Below are positions 57,285 to 64,000 of a stretch of 64,000 bases of DNA, piece by piece. Position numbers and translations under genes: made by a program. This stretch comes from an uncultured Bacilli bacterium (GTDB lineage: Bacteria > Bacillota_I > Bacilli_A > RF39 > UBA660). The notes under the pieces were generated by a model, which worked only from the letters and a program-made list of their open reading frames with translations, was not told the origin of the DNA and made no database searches. The stretch spans positions 544,636 through 608,635 of the forward strand of contig CAXHRJ010000001.1 in the NCBI GenBank assembly GCA_964018915.1, given 5' to 3'. How positions within the stretch are numbered: position 1 is the stretch's first letter; the number at the start of each line of letters is the position of its first letter.

Positions 57285-60132
57285 AAATAGAATTTTAGAA
57301 AACCCAACTACAGCAATTGTAATTGGTGTTAGTGTCTTATGCTTTATTTTAGGAGCAATTGCACTTAATGTATTTATCAGTTTTATTGTAGTTGGAATAA
57401 TAGATGTCGTCTACTTTAAAGATTCTATTATAAAACTCATTCAATCTAAAAAAAAGAAATCATCTACTGAAAAAAAGAAAAAAGAGAAGAAAACATCAAA
57501 AAAAGAAAATATCAAAATAAAAAGTGAAGAAAAAGCTATTTATGAATATAAAGTTGGAGATGAGATTATCTCTACAGGAGATGATAGTATGAAAAAGAAA
57601 AAAGAGAAAACGAAAAAGCCAAAAGAGAAAAAAGAAAAGAAGAAAAAGAAGCTTGGATGGAAAATTTTCCAATGGTTCTTACTATTCTGTTGTTTGTGTT
57701 TCATTGCTGGTGTCATTGCAGCAGTTGCCTTCTGCTCTTACATTGTAAAAACAGCTCCAGAGTTTAAGCCTGAAGCACTATACTCTAGTGAACCATCAAA
57801 AGTTTATGGTAGAAATGGAGAATTAATTGCTACTCTTGGAACAGAAAACAGAGAGATTATTACTTATAGTGAACTTCCAGAAGTATTTATTAATGCTTTA
57901 GTAGCAACAGAAGATTCCCAATTCTTCCAACATAATGGAATTGACTTAGGAAGATTCTTTGTAGCTTCTGTAAAACAAGTATTAAGTTTACCTGGTGCTG
58001 GTGGAGCATCTACTCTTACAATGCAACTTTCTAAAAATACTTATACATCTACAGAAGCTAAAGGTATGAAAGGAATCATTCGTAAATTCCAAGACGTATA
58101 TATTGCTGTATTCCAAATTGAACCTACTTATACAAAAGAACAAATTATTGAGTTCTACGTTAATACAAATCAAATTGGTAGTAGATACGGTGTAGAAGCG
58201 GCATCTCAATTGTACTTCCAAAAAAGTGCGAAAGATATGAATGTTGCAGAAGCTGCCCTATTAGCTGGTATGTTCCAAGCGCCTTCTGCCCTTAACCCAC
58301 TATATCATCCAAAAGAAGCAGAAGAGAGAAGAAAACTTGTTTTATACTATATGCATAGACATGGATATATTACTGATGAAGAATATGATATAGCAGCTAA
58401 AATGACTGTTGAAAAGATCGTAAAAGCAACAGATGATTCTGATACTTCTAGTGCTGATGATATCGAAGATGTTTATCGTTCTGCTATTGATACGATTGTT
58501 CAAGAAGTAAAAGATACTACTGATCAAGATCCTAGACATACTTCTATGAATATCTATACTACAATTGATCCTAAAATTCAAAAACATGTTGGTAGTATTA
58601 TGACTGGTGATTCTTACAAATGGGAAAATGGTAAAGTACAAGCAGGTATTGCCGTTGTAAATGTAAAAGATGGTACGATTGCGGCTGTTGGAGGTAACAG
58701 AGAAAATAAAAAGAATGGCGCCTATAACCATGCTACTGACTCTAGAATTAAGTATCAAATTGGTTCTACAGCAAAACCATTATATGATTATGCACCAGCT
58801 ATCGAATACTTAAACTGGAGTACTGGTACTGTTATTGCTGATGAAAAAATTACTTATAGTGATGGTACTTCTATTAATAACTGGGATGGAAAATGGAATG
58901 GATTCAATAGTATTCGTACACAATTAAAACTATCAAGAAACATTCCAGCTCTTAAAACTTTCCAACAAGTAGATAAAACTAAAATTAACAATTTTGTTAA
59001 GAGTTTAGGACTACATCCAGAATCACACTTACATGAAGCGCATTCTATTGGTGGTTACAATGGAGAAAACCCACTATATATGGCATCTGCTTATGCAGCG
59101 TTCGCTAATGGTGGTTATTATACAGAACCATATGTTGTTTCTAAAATCGTATTTGCAGATACTGGAGAAACAAAAATTATTTCTAAGAGTACAAATCAAG
59201 TAATGAGTTCTTCTACTGCCTATATGATTACTAGTATTCTTCAAGATGCAGCAGCTTATGGTATTGACTCAGGTTCTTATGGAAATATCAATGGGGTAAA
59301 ATATGCTGGTAAAACAGGTACTACAAACTTTGATGATAAGACGAAAAAAGAGTTTAAATTCCCTTCTAATGCGGTTAAAGACTATTGGGCAGTTGGATAC
59401 AATACTGAATACTCTATTGCAGTTTGGTATGGATATGATTCTAACAACGATGGTTATAATAAGTTAGGAAGTAAACAACATACTAGATTATTCCAAGCGG
59501 TAGCAAAAGGAATCTTTACAAACAAAGCCAATTTCACAATGCCTTCTACTGTTAAAAAGGTAAAAATTGAAAAAGATTCTGCTACCTTAATGTTACCTAG
59601 TGAATTCACACCGAAAGAATATATTACAGAAGAACTATTTGTAGCTGGTACTGAACCTACTACTGTATCCAATAGATTTGCTAAGTTATCTGATGTTTCT
59701 AACTTATCTGCTACTGTAAGTGGTGGGCAAGCTATCCTTTCTTGGGAACCAATCGCTACACCAGATGCTTTCAACAAAGAATATTTAACAAATTTAAATA
59801 AAAGCGCTTATAGTAAAAATGATGAATTAGAAAAATATGTTAACTCTCTAATTTCCAAGAATAAAAGTGTTCTTGGAACTGTTGGATATAATGTTTATGT
59901 TCAAACAGAAAATGGACTTACCCTGCTTGGATGGACAGACAAACCAACATATACAGTTACAGGACAAAATGGAAATGTAACACTTGTAGTAAAAACTTGC
60001 TACTCTAATTTCAAAACAAATATGAGTGATGGTAAAAGTGTAAATGTTACTATTAGTGGAGGATATCAACCACCTATAGAGAATCCTGATGATTCCAATA
60101 CTAACACAAATACCAATCCAAATGAACCATAG
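57274..60132 (+). CDS. ponA: bifunctional class A penicillin-binding protein 1 (glycosyltransferase GT51 + transpeptidase)
   Basis: EDSQFFQHNGID GT51 motif, STAKP (SxxK), SRN, KTGT motifs; recU-ponA operon; K-rich N-terminal extension with extra TM. Confidence 0.95.
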   Translation: MKSKNRILENPTTAIVIGVSVLCFILGAIALNVFISFIVVGIIDVVYFKDSIIKLIQSKKKKSSTEKKKKEKKTSKKENIKIKSEEKAIYEYKVGDEIISTGDDSMKKKKEKTKKPKEKKEKKKKKLGWKIFQWFLLFCCLCFIAGVIAAVAFCSYIVKTAPEFKPEALYSSEPSKVYGRNGELIATLGTENREIITYSELPEVFINALVATEDSQFFQHNGIDLGRFFVASVKQVLSLPGAGGASTLTMQLSKNTYTSTEAKGMKGIIRKFQDVYIAVFQIEPTYTKEQIIEFYVNTNQIGSRYGVEAASQLYFQKSAKDMNVAEAALLAGMFQAPSALNPLYHPKEAEERRKLVLYYMHRHGYITDEEYDIAAKMTVEKIVKATDDSDTSSADDIEDVYRSAIDTIVQEVKDTTDQDPRHTSMNIYTTIDPKIQKHVGSIMTGDSYKWENGKVQAGIAVVNVKDGTIAAVGGNRENKKNGAYNHATDSRIKYQIGSTAKPLYDYAPAIEYLNWSTGTVIADEKITYSDGTSINNWDGKWNGFNSIRTQLKLSRNIPALKTFQQVDKTKINNFVKSLGLHPESHLHEAHSIGGYNGENPLYMASAYAAFANGGYYTEPYVVSKIVFADTGETKIISKSTNQVMSSSTAYMITSILQDAAAYGIDSGSYGNINGVKYAGKTGTTNFDDKTKKEFKFPSNAVKDYWAVGYNTEYSIAVWYGYDSNNDGYNKLGSKQHTRLFQAVAKGIFTNKANFTMPSTVKKVKIEKDSATLMLPSEFTPKEYITEELFVAGTEPTTVSNRFAKLSDVSNLSATVSGGQAILSWEPIATPDAFNKEYLTNLNKSAYSKNDELEKYVNSLISKNKSVLGTVGYNVYVQTENGLTLLGWTDKPTYTVTGQNGNVTLVVKTCYSNFKTNMSDGKSVNVTISGGYQPPIENPDDSNTNTNTNPNEP

Positions 60133-60170
60133 GAGTTGTTTAACAACTCCTTTTATGAAAGAAGTTAATT

Positions 60171-60986
60171 ATGAAAAAGAAAAAAAATAACTTACTAATT
60201 TATTTCATACTATTTTTTCTAGTAAGTACTTTATTACTATCTGTTTACAAAATTTTATCTTGGCAAAAAGATAATGAAAAAATTGATACCCAAATAAAAG
60301 AGATAGAAGAAGTTACAGAAATAAAAGAAATAGTAGATAATGAAAAAACAGAGATAATAAATCCTCCAAAAACAAAAGAAGACCCCTATTGGGATTACAT
60401 TAAAACAAATTTAATTGATGTTGATTTTACTGATTTAAAAAATATTAACAATGAAGTTGTTGGATGGATTCAAGTAAATGGCACTAATGTCAACTATCCT
60501 TTTGTTCAGACAAAAGATAATTCCTACTATTTAAATCATCAATTGGACAAAAAGAAAAATACCGCAGGATGGGTATTTATGGATTATCGAAATAATATAC
60601 AAGAGTTAGATAACAATACTATTATTTATGCACACGGTAGAATTAATAATACTATGTTTGGTTCTCTTAGAAGTATCATTAAGAAAAGTTGGTATCAAGA
60701 TAAAAATAATCATATCGTAAAACTATCTACAGAAACAGAGAATACCTTATGGCAAGTATTTAGTACTTATCGCATCAAAACAACAAATGACTACATTCAA
60801 AATACCTTTGATAGTGAGGAAGAATATATAGAATTCTTAAATATGATAAAAAACAGAAGCGTTTATGATTATCAGGTATTGTTAAATGAAAATGATAAAA
60901 TATTAACTTTATCTACTTGTTATGATGATCATACCAAAGTAGTCTTACATGCAAAATTAATAAAACGTGAAAAGAAGGAAATTTAA
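60171..60986 (+). CDS. srtB: class B sortase
   Basis: NVNYPFVQTKDNSYYLNH, YAHGR, TLSTC catalytic Cys motif, N-terminal TM. Confidence 0.8.
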   Translation: MKKKKNNLLIYFILFFLVSTLLLSVYKILSWQKDNEKIDTQIKEIEEVTEIKEIVDNEKTEIINPPKTKEDPYWDYIKTNLIDVDFTDLKNINNEVVGWIQVNGTNVNYPFVQTKDNSYYLNHQLDKKKNTAGWVFMDYRNNIQELDNNTIIYAHGRINNTMFGSLRSIIKKSWYQDKNNHIVKLSTETENTLWQVFSTYRIKTTNDYIQNTFDSEEEYIEFLNMIKNRSVYDYQVLLNENDKILTLSTCYDDHTKVVLHAKLIKREKKEI

Positions 60987-60996
60987 TTCCTTCTTT

Positions 60997-62481
60997 TTAA
61001 ATTACTAATGTAAATAAATTACCAGAACCTTTATTCACTAACTTACAAAGAGTTTGCTGTAACTTATATCTAGCTCCCTCTGGCATAAGAGAAATCTTAG
61101 CCTGAATTCCCTCTTTTACAATAACATCTAAACTTCTACCAAATATTTCACTTTTCCATACATTCTCTTGATCTCTCATTAAATAATCAATCAATTCTTT
61201 ACTCTGTAATTCTGATCCTATAATTGGTTCAAATGTTGACTCTACATCCACACGTATCATATGAATAGAAGGTGCAACTGCTTTTAGTTTAATACCATAT
61301 CTACTTCCCTGTTTTATCACTTCTGGAGTCTCTAGTTTCATATCTGCTAAGGTTGGACTAGCAACACCATATCCAGTCGTTTTCACCATTGCTAAAGCAT
61401 TCTTAATATGATCATATTCTACTTTAGCTTCATTATACTCCTGGAATAAAGAAATAATATCTGCCCTACTATTTACTTCAATTCCTACTATTTCTTTTAA
61501 TATTTGATTATATAATTCATCAGGAGCATGTAAATTAATCGTTACAATACCCGTAGATGTATCCACATTAGAAATATAAGATTTTGAAATATATTCACAA
61601 GATTCAAAATGATTAATAATAGTATCAATATCCCTTAACTTATCTACCTCTACTACACTTTCTCTTATCTTATCCATATAGATTTTCTTAAGCCAATTGG
61701 TAGGTTCTAGACAAGCTATCCAATCTGGCATATTTATTTCTACTTCTAATACTGGGAATTCAAATAAAGCTTCTTTCAATATTTGATATACATCTTTCTC
61801 ATTTAAATTTTCTATACTAATAGGAAGTACAGGAACTTCATATTCTTCTCTCATTTTATTAGCGATATTCTCTGTTTCAGGAAGCATAGGATGAGCTGAA
61901 TTTAAAAGTACTATAAATGGTTTTCCAATACTCTTTAATTCCCCTATTACTCTTTCTTCCGCTTCTATATAACTACTTCTACTAATCTCCCCAAAGGAAG
62001 CATCTGTAGTTACTACAATACCAATACTAGAGTGATCACGAATAACTTTCTCTGTTCCTATTTCAGCAGCTTCTACAAATGGTATCTCTTCATCATACCA
62101 AGGAGTTCTAACCATTCTAGGACCATTCTCATCTTCATAACCTTTTGCACCCTCAACTACATAACCAACGCAATCAACAAGTCTTACACTGGCACTAAAA
62201 TCATCTATTTTAATACTTGCTGCATTACTAGGAACAAACTTAGGCTCCGTTGTCATAATCGTTTTTCCCTGAGCAGATTGTGGTATCTCATCTAAACAAC
62301 GTTTTCTTTCATATTCATCTTCTATATTAGGAACAACTAAATTCTCAATAAACTTCTTTATAAATGTACTTTTACCAGTTCTTACTGCACCTACTACACC
62401 TAAATATAATTCTCCTCCTGTACGATCAGTTATACTTTTTACAATATCAATTTTTTCCATATATTCCCTACTTTCTTTCAC
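60997..62481 (-). CDS. spoIVA: stage IV sporulation protein A (spore coat morphogenetic ATPase)
   Basis: MEKIDIVKSITDRTGGELYLGVVGAVRTGKSTFIKKFIE is near-identical to the SpoIVA N-terminus/Walker A. Confidence 0.95.
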   Translation of the reverse strand: MKESREYMEKIDIVKSITDRTGGELYLGVVGAVRTGKSTFIKKFIENLVVPNIEDEYERKRCLDEIPQSAQGKTIMTTEPKFVPSNAASIKIDDFSASVRLVDCVGYVVEGAKGYEDENGPRMVRTPWYDEEIPFVEAAEIGTEKVIRDHSSIGIVVTTDASFGEISRSSYIEAEERVIGELKSIGKPFIVLLNSAHPMLPETENIANKMREEYEVPVLPISIENLNEKDVYQILKEALFEFPVLEVEINMPDWIACLEPTNWLKKIYMDKIRESVVEVDKLRDIDTIINHFESCEYISKSYISNVDTSTGIVTINLHAPDELYNQILKEIVGIEVNSRADIISLFQEYNEAKVEYDHIKNALAMVKTTGYGVASPTLADMKLETPEVIKQGSRYGIKLKAVAPSIHMIRVDVESTFEPIIGSELQSKELIDYLMRDQENVWKSEIFGRSLDVIVKEGIQAKISLMPEGARYKLQQTLCKLVNKGSGNLFTLVI

Positions 62482-62698
62482 TTAACTATATGCGATAAAA
62501 AAAGAGATATGAAAAAAAGAACTAACTCATGTTAGTCCTCATATAATAATTTAATAATATTTATCTTCCTGATTATAAAAGATAAAAGAAGAATGGCTAC
62601 TAATAATACTATAAGACAAGTCATTAGAAAGTTTGTTACCATAGAAATTTGTAATATTATTAAATCTTTAAAAATGGCAGATATTAGAATAGAAATAA

Positions 62699-62926
62699 TT
62701 ATACCTGGAACAAAAGAGAATAATAGTAGTAAAAACTCATAAGAAGAGATATTTTCAAATTTGAATACCCTACACTCCTCATAATAGCAATATCTTGTTT
62801 ATTATCATAAATAATAATAATATTCACAAAGAAGATTACAGTAAAGCAGAAAAGTCCCAATATATTAGAAAAGCAATTTATTATATTACAGAAAGAACGA
62901 TATCTAGCAAATACACCATCATACAA
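62699..62926 (-). CDS. small hydrophobic ORF (doubtful)
   Basis: ORF only. Confidence 0.2.
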   Translation of the reverse strand: MYDGVFARYRSFCNIINCFSNILGLFCFTVIFFVNIIIIYDNKQDIAIMRSVGYSNLKISLLMSFYYYYSLLFQV

Positions 62927-63049
62927 TCACCTCCATAAAAAAGAGACATTTTTTAAATGTCTCTAGTTTTTATATTTCAAAATTTCTTTCTATCATCTTA
63001 TTTTTTTCATATGTCTATTTCTTCTCCACTCTTTCATTTTTTTAAATTC

Positions 63050-63940
63050 CTATTTAGATAAAAAATCTAAATATTTTTTCCATAATTTATGAAGTTTATT
63101 TTTATTTTTCAATTCATTCGTATCTATATATACAGGAAATTTAATCTTCTTAAAATATTTACTATTTATTAGTGGTTTTGAACTATCTATTTTAGAAAAA
63201 TAAGAAAAAGGAATTATTAAACAACAATAGTTTTCTTTTAATGTTAATACCGAGCCAGTACTATCAGAAGGCCAAATTACTATATTATCTTCAACAAATT
63301 TTATTTTTTTAAACAAATAATAAATTTTATCAATCATATTCAACTTACCAAAATAAATACTTTTCATTTCATCATCTTTAAAAAGATGAAAATATACATC
63401 ATAATAAAGTTTCTCATTATTGATATTCATTCTATAAGTAATGCTAAAATTTAGTCCCGTATTCTTTACTTTTTTATGAACCAACTCTTGAAAAATTCCC
63501 TTTTCTCTTATTTGGGTAATTGTTTCTTCTAATATTTTATGATCTAGTTTATCTATAGAAAAAATATCATACATACCTTCACAAATGCTCTGAAATAGCA
63601 TTTCCTGTTTTTCTTTTTCATCAACCTTTAAATATTTTTTTATATTTAGAGTAGCTATTCCTACTTCAAACCATGGTATTTGATAATTACTTAAAGCACT
63701 TTCTAATGATTTCTTTTTGGTGTCTGAAATATTTATATAAATATGATCATATCTTGGGCATTTTAATTCTTTATTTTGAAATAAATTTCGGAAAAGATTG
63801 GCATAAATTATATCATAAGGAAAAAACAAAGTATTACTACTTTCTCCATCAAAAAAGATTCTAATATCCTTTAGTAATCTATTGGCTTTTAGGACAGTAT
63901 TTTTTCGTACCTCTCTTTGCTTTTCCATATAATCATTCAT
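63050..63940 (-). CDS. hypothetical protein
   Basis: ORF only. Confidence 0.4.
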   Translation of the reverse strand: MNDYMEKQREVRKNTVLKANRLLKDIRIFFDGESSNTLFFPYDIIYANLFRNLFQNKELKCPRYDHIYINISDTKKKSLESALSNYQIPWFEVGIATLNIKKYLKVDEKEKQEMLFQSICEGMYDIFSIDKLDHKILEETITQIREKGIFQELVHKKVKNTGLNFSITYRMNINNEKLYYDVYFHLFKDDEMKSIYFGKLNMIDKIYYLFKKIKFVEDNIVIWPSDSTGSVLTLKENYCCLIIPFSYFSKIDSSKPLINSKYFKKIKFPVYIDTNELKNKNKLHKLWKKYLDFLSK

Positions 63941-64000
63941 ATTACACCTACCTTTGTAAAGTAATTTAAGCTAATATTTCATCATTTTTCTTCTATTAAA

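Noticed and set aside
1-64000. Transposases, integrases, tRNA/rRNA genes, prophage structural genes
   Set aside because: None recognisable. The accessory content is the Rhs locus and the small insertions described, with no flanking IS elements or att-like direct repeats visible.

Overview
This is a low-GC Firmicutes chromosomal window, about 28% GC by eye, from a spore-former with Bacillus-like synteny. The synteny markers are ftsY-ylxM, ymfM-pgsA, spoIVFA-spoIVFB, rplU-prp-rpmA, gpsB-rnpB, recU-ponA and spoIVA. Housekeeping genes include ffh, ftsY, rnj, leuS with a T-box leader, pyk, mraY, two murE paralogs, fmt, nrdDG, mutM, pgsA and RNase P RNA. The accessory content is concentrated in a roughly 14.5 kb Rhs/YD-repeat polymorphic-toxin locus at about 30.1-44.6 kb. 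It holds a 2118-aa wall-associated Rhs protein with a C-terminal GIY-YIG nuclease tip, a tightly coupled immunity gene, and a downstream array of orphan and paralogous immunity genes, some frameshifted or truncated. It also holds two displaced copies of the roughly 330-bp Rhs-core 3' end, each fused to a different C-terminal toxin module. An operator-like direct repeat sits just upstream of the rhs promoter. Other observations are listed here. (1) The leucyl-tRNA synthetase carries a roughly 125-aa insertion with a perfect Nudix box between the CP1 editing domain and the catalytic core. (2) The class III RNR is split, with the glycyl-radical tail encoded as a separate 60-aa ORF that is translationally coupled between nrdD and nrdG. 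(3) A HerA-like ATPase and a GDPD-family phosphodiesterase, plus a 5'-truncated yitT fragment, lie between ylxM and ffh. (4) Two murE-like ligases sit in tandem with different specificity motifs. (5) A thioester-domain adhesin with a VPDTG sorting signal sits next to its sortase. No tRNA, rRNA, CRISPR array or transposase was found.
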